This document shows positions 40,565 through 48,788 of a stretch of 64,000 nucleotides of DNA, piece after piece; within the stretch, counting starts at the first letter, position 1; each line of letters begins with the position of its first letter. Below the pieces are notes generated by a model. It saw nothing but the letters and a program-made list of their open reading frames with translations. It was not told the DNA's origin and did not search any database. Both the position numbers and the translations under genes were made by a program. Source of the stretch: Candidatus Latescibacterota bacterium (GTDB lineage: Bacteria > Latescibacterota > UBA2968 > UBA8231); contig CBDETY010000003.1 in NCBI GenBank assembly GCA_965243025.1, positions 1,664,001 to 1,728,000 of the forward strand. Reading direction: 5' to 3'.

Positions 40565-41182
40565 ATGCAGGAGCGCGAACCGGGAGCAAGGCCTTCGCTG
40601 TCCAACCCGGAGACGCCGTCCATCGGGCCGGTCAGATTGGCCCTGATGCTGGCCTCCGGGCTGATGGCCGTGCTCGTTCTGATAAACGCGCTGGGTGGGG
40701 GAGCAACCCCGGTTGACGAGGACAGGTTCCTCGAGCTCGCGCAGGCGGGAGTGGTTGAAAGCATCGTTATCGAGGGGCCGGTGAGTCTGACCGCGGAGTT
40801 GCGCAGCGCTGTCAACTTGCGCGATGCAGGCGACCCGCGCGCCCCCGAATACGTCGAAAACCAGGGAGGAGGGGCGGCCAGCTCTGTCTTCGTCGAGTTC
40901 AGCCAGCCGATCTCCGCGGCGCAGCGGGTGGTGTGGCGCAACCTCGGGATTCCCGTGAGGGAAGGGGAGCCGGGTTCCAGCCGCAGAAGCGGGCTTTGGG
41001 CAGCCATCGTGTTCGGCATGCTCGGTCTGGGGATCTGGCACCTGGTAACCCAGGCGAGAAACAACCTCCGGTTCGGCAGCCCGCGTCAGCTGCTTCAGGA
41101 AGTCGAAAGCCAGTTCCGTGAAGGACTGATCTCGAGGGAGGAGCGCGACCGCAAGGTGGAGGAAATCTCCGCTCGGCTCTGA
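40565..41182 (+). CDS. two-TM membrane protein with FtsH-extracellular-like loop and SHOCT-like C-terminus
   Basis: TM1, EDRFLELAQAGVVESIVIEG, TM2, LQEVESQFREGLISREERDRKVEEI; ATG 40565. Confidence 0.6.
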   Translation: MQEREPGARPSLSNPETPSIGPVRLALMLASGLMAVLVLINALGGGATPVDEDRFLELAQAGVVESIVIEGPVSLTAELRSAVNLRDAGDPRAPEYVENQGGGAASSVFVEFSQPISAAQRVVWRNLGIPVREGEPGSSRRSGLWAAIVFGMLGLGIWHLVTQARNNLRFGSPRQLLQEVESQFREGLISREERDRKVEEISARL

Positions 41183-41202
41183 CTCGCAATGCGTCAAAAA
41201 CC

Positions 41203-43017
41203 ATGAGTCCCAACATATACAGACTGTCGGAGAACGTAATCGGCAAGATCGCCGCGGGGGAGGTGATCGAAAGGCCGGCTTCGGCAGTCAAGGAGCTGGT
41301 CGAGAACTCTCTCGATGCGGGAGCGAAACGCATCAACGTCGACACAGCCGCCGGGGGCCGGCAGCTGATCCGGGTCGCCGACGACGGAATCGGAATGACA
41401 GCTGAAGATGCCTGCCTGTCGGTCGAACGCCACGCCACCAGCAAGATGCGCAGTCCCAGCGACCTGTTCACAATCGACACACTTGGATTTCGAGGCGAAG
41501 CCCTGGCGAGCATCGCCGCGGTTTCCCGGCTGACCATCGAAACCTCCAACGGGGAACAAGGGGAAGGTACCCGGATCGAGGTGGAAGGGGGGGTGCGCAC
41601 CTGTCTCGGCTCAATCGCCAGGGATACCGGGACTACAGTGACTGCACGGAGCCTGTTCTTCAACACCCCGGCGCGCAGGAAATTCCTCCGGCACATGGAC
41701 ACCGAAGCCCGGTACATTACCCGGTGCGTCGCCCAGTTGGCCGTCGCCTATTCCGAGGTAGCGTTCCGTGTGACCCACAACGACCGCGTGACACTCGACC
41801 TGCACCCGGGAGACCGTGCGCAACGCGTCTCCGATGTGGTTTCGGTCGATCCCTCGCTCCTGCTGCACGCAGCCTCCAGAGTCGAGGCCGGAGCAGCTGG
41901 CAGCATCTCAGTTGAAGTGCTGGCAGGATCCCCCCAGACATGTCAGCGCAGCCGCTCCCGGCAGTACGCGACCGTCCGCCGGCGGCCGGTGTACCATCGG
42001 AAGCTGAACTCCGCGGTTTACGGCGCCTTCGGCAGCCTGTTGCCCCATAACGCTCATCCGGTATTCGCTCTCTGGCTCGATATGGACCCCAGGACTGTCG
42101 ACGTCAACGTCCACCCAACCAAGAAAGAAGTCCATTTCTCCTCCGAAGGAGACCTCGTCAAAGCGGTGCAATCCGTTGCGCGAGAGGCACTTGAAATACC
42201 AGAGGCGAGTGGTTTCAAAGGCGCCGCCGGATTCGATTCGCCGGCGGAGAAACCGGATTACGGGAAAGCCGCCGGGACTGCCGGTCACAGCAGAGTCCTG
42301 GAAGCGCCCATGGATCCGTTCGGCACCGAGACCTCTGCAGACCTCGATCAACTGTCGCTTTCCCTGTTGCCTCCAGCCAGGCTGGAGACCTCGGGAAGTA
42401 CGGAGCAACCGCTGACGCCGCAGGAGGTTTTTCAGCTGTCATCGGCCGCCGAATCAACCCCGATGTGGCAGATTCACAACAAGTACATCGCGGCGCCGAC
42501 CTCCGACGGCATCGCCATAGTCGATCAGCACGTTGCCCACGAGCGCATCCGTTTCGAGGAAGTGCTTGAGGATCTGGAAGGGGAGCAGAGGATCTCCCAG
42601 CAGTTGCTGTTGCCTCTGACACTCGATTTGTCTCCAGTGGAGATGGTCGCATTTCAGGATGCCCGGCCCCTGTTCGAAAGAATCGGTTTTGGAGCGCGTG
42701 AATTCGGTCCGACCAGCCTGATTGTCGATTCCATCCCGAGCGAGCTCAGGAACTGGGGAGACGGCGCGGTATTTCAGGAGATCATCAGCGACCTGATCGA
42801 GGAGAACGAGACCCGTGCGACCACGCAGCAGGCCCTTGCTGCCTCGATGGCCTGCCACACTTCGATCCGGGCAGGAGACCGACTCAACCAGGAAGAGATG
42901 AGGACCCTGGTTCAGCGGCTGCTCAAAGCCCGGGAGCCTTTTTCCTGTCCCCACGGTCGGCCGATAATTATCCGGGTTCCACTCAGCCACCTCGACAGGC
43001 TGTTCGGCCGAACCTGA
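41203..43017 (+). CDS. mutL: DNA mismatch repair endonuclease MutL
   Basis: IAAGEVIERPAS.VKELVENS.DA, GFRGEAL, DVNVHPTK, DQHVAHER, ACH, CPHGRP. Confidence 0.97.
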   Translation: MSPNIYRLSENVIGKIAAGEVIERPASAVKELVENSLDAGAKRINVDTAAGGRQLIRVADDGIGMTAEDACLSVERHATSKMRSPSDLFTIDTLGFRGEALASIAAVSRLTIETSNGEQGEGTRIEVEGGVRTCLGSIARDTGTTVTARSLFFNTPARRKFLRHMDTEARYITRCVAQLAVAYSEVAFRVTHNDRVTLDLHPGDRAQRVSDVVSVDPSLLLHAASRVEAGAAGSISVEVLAGSPQTCQRSRSRQYATVRRRPVYHRKLNSAVYGAFGSLLPHNAHPVFALWLDMDPRTVDVNVHPTKKEVHFSSEGDLVKAVQSVAREALEIPEASGFKGAAGFDSPAEKPDYGKAAGTAGHSRVLEAPMDPFGTETSADLDQLSLSLLPPARLETSGSTEQPLTPQEVFQLSSAAESTPMWQIHNKYIAAPTSDGIAIVDQHVAHERIRFEEVLEDLEGEQRISQQLLLPLTLDLSPVEMVAFQDARPLFERIGFGAREFGPTSLIVDSIPSELRNWGDGAVFQEIISDLIEENETRATTQQALAASMACHTSIRAGDRLNQEEMRTLVQRLLKAREPFSCPHGRPIIIRVPLSHLDRLFGRT

Positions 43018-43061
43018 AAAACCCTAACGAGGATGGTTCTGGGGAATCGATCAACCTTGGA

Positions 43062-43089
43062 AAGTCACATAAACAACTTTATGTAAATA
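43062..43089 (+). other. dif-like (XerC/XerD) site
   Basis: AAGTCACATAA-ACAACT-TTATGTAAATA: 11-6-11 layout with CATAA/TTATG core, compare E. coli GGTGCGCATAA-TGTATA-TTATGTTAAAT; lies at the gene-strand convergence. Confidence 0.65.
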
Positions 43090-43164
43090 ACCAACCCGGA
43101 ATCAACCAGCATTTGGAGATATCCGGGGACTCCTGGGAAGAATGGTATTTTCCCGGCCGGTAAA

Positions 43165-44094
43165 TCAGGACCCGTACCGGATTCTCGCTACAGCTCCTCG
43201 TGCCGCCAGCTGCCCACGTGCATAGTGACCGGGCATTTGCGGCGAGGTCCAGCGGCCCGCAGTCTGCATTTCCGCTATCGAGGCGCCTCCCGCCGCAAGC
43301 GACTGGGCCCCGCCAACCCGCAGGGAGTGACCGGAGACCTTACCGTCGATTCCCGCGGCCGCACATCGGTGTTTGATGATGTTCCGGACGGATACCGTGC
43401 TCAAAGCCTTGCTTCCCACCCGGTCGCCGCGGAACAGGCGCCTGAACACCGGCCCGTCGTCAATTCCGGCCGCATCCATCCAGGCTTTGATCTTCCACGC
43501 AGTCGGCACCCCGAGAAACAGAACCACTCCGGATCCTTCCTGATCCGTTTTGGAGTGGTGGATCGTCAACCTCGCCGAGCCGTCGCTTTCAAAGGAGATG
43601 TCGGGTACCTGTACGCCGGCAACCTCCGAAACGCGGAGCAATCCGTCGGAAGCGACCGCCAGCAGGGCGGAGTCGCGCAAACCAGCCAGGGAATCATCCG
43701 AGGCAACCGCGGCCGCCGCATCCGCCTGGGCGAACTGGACCCCCTGCACCTGACCCCGACCGCGGTCCTTGCCCGCACGGCGAATTCCCGCCAGCACCCT
43801 GTCCGTTGCCGGACCGGCCGGGGAGGGCTCGCCCTGCATCCTTGCACGGAACTTTACCGCGGCGACTGCCTGTGAACAGGTGGCCGGAGACTTTCCTGCC
43901 ATGTGCAGTCCCGCGATATAGTCGGCAAGATACACATCTGTCAGCGGGAGGTCGCCGAGATGGCTGTCGATCTTTGCCAACGCATGCCGGTAGGCCCTGA
44001 GCGTGTTTTCCGAGACGCTGGCATGAACCAGGTCCCGGATGGCGCCGGAATTGGCGAGCTCTTGCGGAGAGTTCGCGGTGATCAGATTACCCAT
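43165..44094 (-). CDS. Cre-like tyrosine recombinase/integrase
   Basis: SENTLRAY N-terminal domain; catalytic R (LRVSE), K (SKTD), HSLR, W (GRW), Y (HYAR); GHSLRVGGA resembles Cre GHSARVGAA. Confidence 0.93.
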   Translation of the reverse strand: MGNLITANSPQELANSGAIRDLVHASVSENTLRAYRHALAKIDSHLGDLPLTDVYLADYIAGLHMAGKSPATCSQAVAAVKFRARMQGEPSPAGPATDRVLAGIRRAGKDRGRGQVQGVQFAQADAAAAVASDDSLAGLRDSALLAVASDGLLRVSEVAGVQVPDISFESDGSARLTIHHSKTDQEGSGVVLFLGVPTAWKIKAWMDAAGIDDGPVFRRLFRGDRVGSKALSTVSVRNIIKHRCAAAGIDGKVSGHSLRVGGAQSLAAGGASIAEMQTAGRWTSPQMPGHYARGQLAARGAVARIRYGS

Positions 44095-44099
44095 GCCAT

Positions 44100-44149
44100 C
44101 CTGGTTGATTAGTTTTGATAACGTGAATTATACAAACTAATAATCCAGG
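44100..44149. repeat. imperfect palindrome, lox/dif-like recombinase core site
   Basis: ATTAGTTTTGATAA (44108-21) - CGTGAA - TTATACAAACTAAT (44128-41), 12/14 complementary, outer CCTGG/CCAGG. Confidence 0.75.
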
Positions 44150-44155
44150 CGTCAA
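44127..44155 (-). promoter_or_regulatory. near-consensus sigma70 promoter of the recombinase
   Basis: TTGACG (rc 44150-55) - 17 bp - TATAAT (rc 44127-32), 32 bp upstream of the ATG. Confidence 0.75.
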
Positions 44156-44384
44156 CGCGGGGGGTTTCCCGGCTTGTGGTTTGTTGGAAAACACCGTCGC
44201 TTCGGGACTCCTTTTCGGATCTGGAATATTACTTTTGATAATTACTTTCGGAATTTGTTATCGCCGTTGATGTCCTGTGCGAATCAACTCCTGACCAGCC
44301 CCGGGTTCCAATCCTTGGTTTGAGCTGCCCTGGGGGCGGACATGCCAATAACCTCGATATTTACAAAATGAAATTTACATGGCA

Positions 44385-47363
44385 TCAGACCACTATATTG
44401 ACGATCCTCCCCGGGACATACACAAACCGCTTGGGTACGGCCGAATCCGGAAGGTACCGGCGAACGTTGTCCAGTTTCAGAATCAGATCCCTCGCTGTTT
44501 CTTCGGTGATTCCAGCCGGAACTTCAACACTGGCCCTTACCTTGCCGTTGACCTGCACGGGCAGGGTCAACGTATCCTCGACCAGCAGATCTTCCTGTGG
44601 TTGCGGCCAATCCTGGACCGACAAATCCCCGTCGCCGAAACCCCAGATGCTCCACACCTCCTCTCCAAGGTGCGGGGCAAACGGCGACAGCATCAAAACC
44701 AGAGATCGCGCCATCTCCTCGGAAACAGCCTCTTTCCCCACCAGGTCGTTATTCAGCTCGATCAGCGCCGCGATGGCTGTGTTGAGCCGCAATCCCTCGA
44801 TATCCTCGGTCACCTTGGCCATTGTCCGGTGGAGCTTCCTGCGCAGAGCGACATCCTCCTCATCCTTTCCCGGAGCCATCCTCCTCGCCGTTCCATCCTG
44901 GGAAACCAGGTTGCGCCACACGCGCTGCAGGAAACGCTGCATCCCGCGTATTCCCTCCATGCTCCACGGCGTGCTCTGCTCGAGGGGGCCCATGTACATC
45001 TCGTACAGGCGCAGGGTGTCGACCCCGTACTCCTCCCCGACTTCTTCGGGAGGCAGCCCGTTCTTGTAGCGTTTCCCCATCTTGCCGCCGGAACGGGTCA
45101 GCGCCTCACCGGTCTGCGAGTGGAAAGGCCGCCCGTCGCGCAGCTCGACCTCGCGGATGTCGACGTAGACTCCGCGGGCATCCGTGAACGCATCGGCGGT
45201 TATCATTCCCTGGTTGAACAGTTTCTTGAACGGCTCGGGTGAAGAGACGTGGCCCAGGTCGAACAACGCCTTGTGCCAGAACCGGGAATACAACAGGTGG
45301 AGCACGCCGTGCTCGGCGCCGCCGATATACAGATCGACCGGCATGAAATGCCGCTCCCTGGCAGGGTCGCAGAATGCCTGGGTGTTGGCTGGATCGATGA
45401 AACGCACGAAATACCAGCAGGACCCCGCCCACTGGGGCATGACGTTCAGTTCCCGCTCGCACTGGGTTCCATCCATGCTGACGAACCGCCAATCGTCCGC
45501 GGCGCGTCCCAGCGGCAGCGAAACCGGAGTGTCGGGATCATCGGAGGTCTGCGGACGGAAGTCCTCCATCTCGGGAAGCAGGACGGGAACCTCGGTAGCG
45601 ACTGAAAAGCCGTCCGGAGTGGTGGCCAGCGGGAAGGGCTCTCCCCAGTATCTTTGCCTGGAAAAAATCCAGTCGCGCAGCTTGTAGCGGACCGCAAACC
45701 TTCCAAGGCCGGCCCTTTCCAGTGCGGAAGTGATTTTTTCCCTGGCCTGTTGCGTCCCCAGGCCGGTGATGGAGAACTCGCTGTCTCCATCGGCGGGAGA
45801 ATTGATGCTGGTCCCCTCCCCTGTGAAGCAACCCCCCTCTTCGGTTCTGTCGCTGTCCGGCGCCTGGACGACCTGGATCACCTCCAGGCCGTAGTTTGAG
45901 GCAAACTCGAAATCGCGGTCGTCGTGCCCGGGAACCGCCATGATCGCCCCCGTCCCGTATTCCATCGAAACGTAGTCGGCGACAAAAACCGGAATGACAG
46001 CTCCGCTGGCAGGGTTGCGGGCCCATATTCCAGTGAAAACCCCCGACTTCTCGCGCTCGTCGAATTCCCTTGCGACCTGAGTGGCTTCCGCTGCCGCGGC
46101 GACATAGTCCGCGACCGCTACCCGAGGTCCTGAGATGGTTCCCTTTTTCCAGACCTCTTTCGTGCCTTCGGGCCAGCGTGCCGGCACGAGATACGAGGAG
46201 TGTTCCGGATCGAGAAGCCGGTGCCCGGGAGCGACCGCCATGAAGGTCGCTCCGAACAGGGTGTCGGGACGCGTGGTGAAAACTTCGAGGCGCGCGGCGA
46301 TTTCCGTGGAACCCGGTTTCAGCAGGTCGAACAGGATTTCCGCCCCCCCGCTGCGGCCGATCCAGTTCCGCTGCATCAGCTTGATCGGTTCGGGCCAATC
46401 CAGTGCGTATCTGCCTCCGCGTCCGTCTGGCAGATCCGCTGAATCCAGATCCTGCAACAGGCGGTCGGCGTAGTCGGTAATGCGAAGCATCCACTGCCTG
46501 AGCGGGCGCCTGTACACAGGAAAATCGCCGATCTCGCTGCGGCCTTCTCCGGTGACCTCCTCGTTGGCCAGGACCGTTCCCAGCCCGGGACACCAGTTGA
46601 CCGTTACTTCTTTCTGATATGCCAGCCGATAGTTGTTGAGCACGGCAGCCCGCCCGGCCTCGGTCAGTTCGTACCAACCGGGGTTCGAACCGCTCCCGTT
46701 CTGCCTTCGCGAAATTGAGGCAAGGGTTTCGAGATCGCCGTCTGAAAGGGCACGACGTCCACGGATAAAAGCCTCTTCCAGCTCCCGGATCGGCACGGCC
46801 TTGCCCTTGATCTCGCGACCTGCCGCATCGAACTGAATAGCTTCCGGATCGAACCAGCAGTCGTAGAGCTGCAGAAAAATCCACTGGGTCCAGCGGTAAT
46901 ACTCTGCGTCCGAAGTCGCCAGCTCCCGATCCCAGTCGTAGGCCAGGCCCAGGACCTGAAGCTGTCCGCGCATGCGGTCGATACACTCGCGTACCGCCGT
47001 GGACGGATGCACGTTGTTTGCGATCGCGTACTGTTCCGCCGGCAGGCCGAAGCTGTCGAACCCCATCGGATGCAGAACGTTGAATCCCCGCATCCTCTTG
47101 AAACGGCTGTAGATGTCGCTGGCGATATAACCCTTGGGATGGCCTATGTGGAGCCCGTCGCCGCTGGGATACGGAAACATGTCGAGGACATAGCACTTTG
47201 GCCGGGTATCGGTCGTGCGGTCTTCCCCGGGACCTTGCGTCCTGAACGTCTTCTCCCCCAGCCAGCGTTCGCGCCAGCGGCGTTCTATCTCCTGGTACTG
47301 GTAACTTCCCCTCTTCATCTTTTTTTGTCCGTCAAGTTCCAGTCCGCCGGTACGTGGACTCAC
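44385..47363 (-). CDS. leuS: leucine--tRNA ligase (long form; start uncertain)
   Basis: LDMFPYPSG.GLHIGH, VFTTRPDTLFG, SRQRYWGEP, MPQWAGSCWY, KMGKR, VQVNGKVR. Confidence 0.96.
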   Translation of the reverse strand: MSPRTGGLELDGQKKMKRGSYQYQEIERRWRERWLGEKTFRTQGPGEDRTTDTRPKCYVLDMFPYPSGDGLHIGHPKGYIASDIYSRFKRMRGFNVLHPMGFDSFGLPAEQYAIANNVHPSTAVRECIDRMRGQLQVLGLAYDWDRELATSDAEYYRWTQWIFLQLYDCWFDPEAIQFDAAGREIKGKAVPIRELEEAFIRGRRALSDGDLETLASISRRQNGSGSNPGWYELTEAGRAAVLNNYRLAYQKEVTVNWCPGLGTVLANEEVTGEGRSEIGDFPVYRRPLRQWMLRITDYADRLLQDLDSADLPDGRGGRYALDWPEPIKLMQRNWIGRSGGAEILFDLLKPGSTEIAARLEVFTTRPDTLFGATFMAVAPGHRLLDPEHSSYLVPARWPEGTKEVWKKGTISGPRVAVADYVAAAAEATQVAREFDEREKSGVFTGIWARNPASGAVIPVFVADYVSMEYGTGAIMAVPGHDDRDFEFASNYGLEVIQVVQAPDSDRTEEGGCFTGEGTSINSPADGDSEFSITGLGTQQAREKITSALERAGLGRFAVRYKLRDWIFSRQRYWGEPFPLATTPDGFSVATEVPVLLPEMEDFRPQTSDDPDTPVSLPLGRAADDWRFVSMDGTQCERELNVMPQWAGSCWYFVRFIDPANTQAFCDPARERHFMPVDLYIGGAEHGVLHLLYSRFWHKALFDLGHVSSPEPFKKLFNQGMITADAFTDARGVYVDIREVELRDGRPFHSQTGEALTRSGGKMGKRYKNGLPPEEVGEEYGVDTLRLYEMYMGPLEQSTPWSMEGIRGMQRFLQRVWRNLVSQDGTARRMAPGKDEEDVALRRKLHRTMAKVTEDIEGLRLNTAIAALIELNNDLVGKEAVSEEMARSLVLMLSPFAPHLGEEVWSIWGFGDGDLSVQDWPQPQEDLLVEDTLTLPVQVNGKVRASVEVPAGITEETARDLILKLDNVRRYLPDSAVPKRFVYVPGRIVNIVV

Positions 47364-48656
47364 TCAAGGATACAACCGCTGCAGCGTGCGCGGAAACGGA
47401 ATGGTCTCGCGCACGTGCCTGATTCCGCACAGCCACCCTACCACGCGTTCTATCCCCATCCCGAAACCGGCGTGCGGCACCGATCCGTACCGGCGCAGAT
47501 CGAGATACCACTCGAATGCCGACCTCGGCAGGCGGTGTTCTTCGATACGCTCCTCGAGGATCCGGAGATCCTCTTCGCGCTGGCCTCCTCCGACGATCTC
47601 ACCGTATCCCTCGGGAGCGAGCATGTCGACGCAGAGAGCGAGCTTGTCGTTCTCCGGATCGCGCTTCATGTAGAAGGCCTTCACCTCCGCCGGGTATCGA
47701 TGCACGAGGACTGGCGACGTGAACTGCTCGGAAAGAACGGTTTCGTCATCCCCGCCGAGATCGGCCCCCCACTCGATATCGCTGCCATTGCTCCGGAGAT
47801 TTTCCACCGCTTCGTCGTAGGTCATGCGGGGAAACGGCTTGGTTACCGCTTCCAGGGGACCGGGGTCGCGCTCCAGCACGGAGAGCTCGTCGCGTCCCTG
47901 TTCGAGCACGCGCTGGACCACGTAGCAGAGGAGGTCTTCGGCCACCTGCATGTTGCCGTCGAGGTCGCAATAAGCGATCTCCGGTTCCATCATCCAGAAC
48001 TCAGTCAGGTGCCGCCGCGTCTTTGACTTTTCCGCTCGAAAGGTCGGGCCGAGACAGTACACTTTTCCGAAGGCCATGGCCGCCGCTTCCATGTACAGCT
48101 GGCCGCTCTGGGTAAGGAAGGCAGTGTCTCCGAAATAGTCGGTCTCGAACAGCGTAGTGGTTCCCTCGCATGCGGCAGGAGTCAGAATCGGGGCGTCGAT
48201 CAGGATGAACCCCTCGCGGGCCATGAAGTCGCGGCATGCCTGGATTACGTAGCTGCGGATTCTCAAGGTCGCGTGGGGGCGCGAGGAGCGCAGCCAGAGG
48301 TGTCTGTTCTCCATCAGAAACGACACCCCGTGGTCTTTTGGTGAGATCGGGTATTCGGCGGCCTCGTGAACCGCTTCGATCGAGGAGACTCCCAGTTCGT
48401 GGCCGAGTGCGGAACGCTCATCCCGGCGCACCTCTCCCCTGACGACAATCGCCGACTCCTGGGGCAGGTTGCCGGCGCGCTCGAACGCCTCGTCACCGAC
48501 ATCCTCCTTGAACAGCACGCACTGAATGAGGCCGGTTCCGTCCCTGACCTGGAGAAAGTGGAGCCTCCCGCTCGACCGCTTGTTGTAGAGCCACCCCCGC
48601 AATTCGACTTCGCGGCCCTCAAAAGCAGCGATTTTCCGAATTTCTACTCGTTCCAT
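47364..48656 (-). CDS. asnS: asparagine--tRNA ligase
   Basis: [58 protein letters not shown]. Confidence 0.96.
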   Translation of the reverse strand: MERVEIRKIAAFEGREVELRGWLYNKRSSGRLHFLQVRDGTGLIQCVLFKEDVGDEAFERAGNLPQESAIVVRGEVRRDERSALGHELGVSSIEAVHEAAEYPISPKDHGVSFLMENRHLWLRSSRPHATLRIRSYVIQACRDFMAREGFILIDAPILTPAACEGTTTLFETDYFGDTAFLTQSGQLYMEAAAMAFGKVYCLGPTFRAEKSKTRRHLTEFWMMEPEIAYCDLDGNMQVAEDLLCYVVQRVLEQGRDELSVLERDPGPLEAVTKPFPRMTYDEAVENLRSNGSDIEWGADLGGDDETVLSEQFTSPVLVHRYPAEVKAFYMKRDPENDKLALCVDMLAPEGYGEIVGGGQREEDLRILEERIEEHRLPRSAFEWYLDLRRYGSVPHAGFGMGIERVVGWLCGIRHVRETIPFPRTLQRLYP

Positions 48657-48711
48657 AATGCGTAGAAGGGATTGTCGTCACCCGCCGCCCCCGGTGGGGA
48701 TTTACAACCAA

Positions 48712-48747
48712 AAAGACTACCGAACAGAAACCTGGGCGGTAGTCTTT
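48712..48747 (-). terminator. rho-independent terminator after pnp
   Basis: AAAGACTACCG...CGGTAGTCTTT 11-bp inverted repeat with U-tract on the minus strand. Confidence 0.7.
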
Positions 48748-48788
48748 GTCAGTGCCCCTGGAGCAAGGGCGGTGTTCGCCGGACCCGG

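Larger units (their letters stand above)
43062..44385. mobile_element. putative minimal recombinase cassette/island between mutL and leuS
   Basis: Single Cre-like recombinase gene, AT-rich flanks, dif-like sites at both ends in inverted orientation. Confidence 0.45.
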
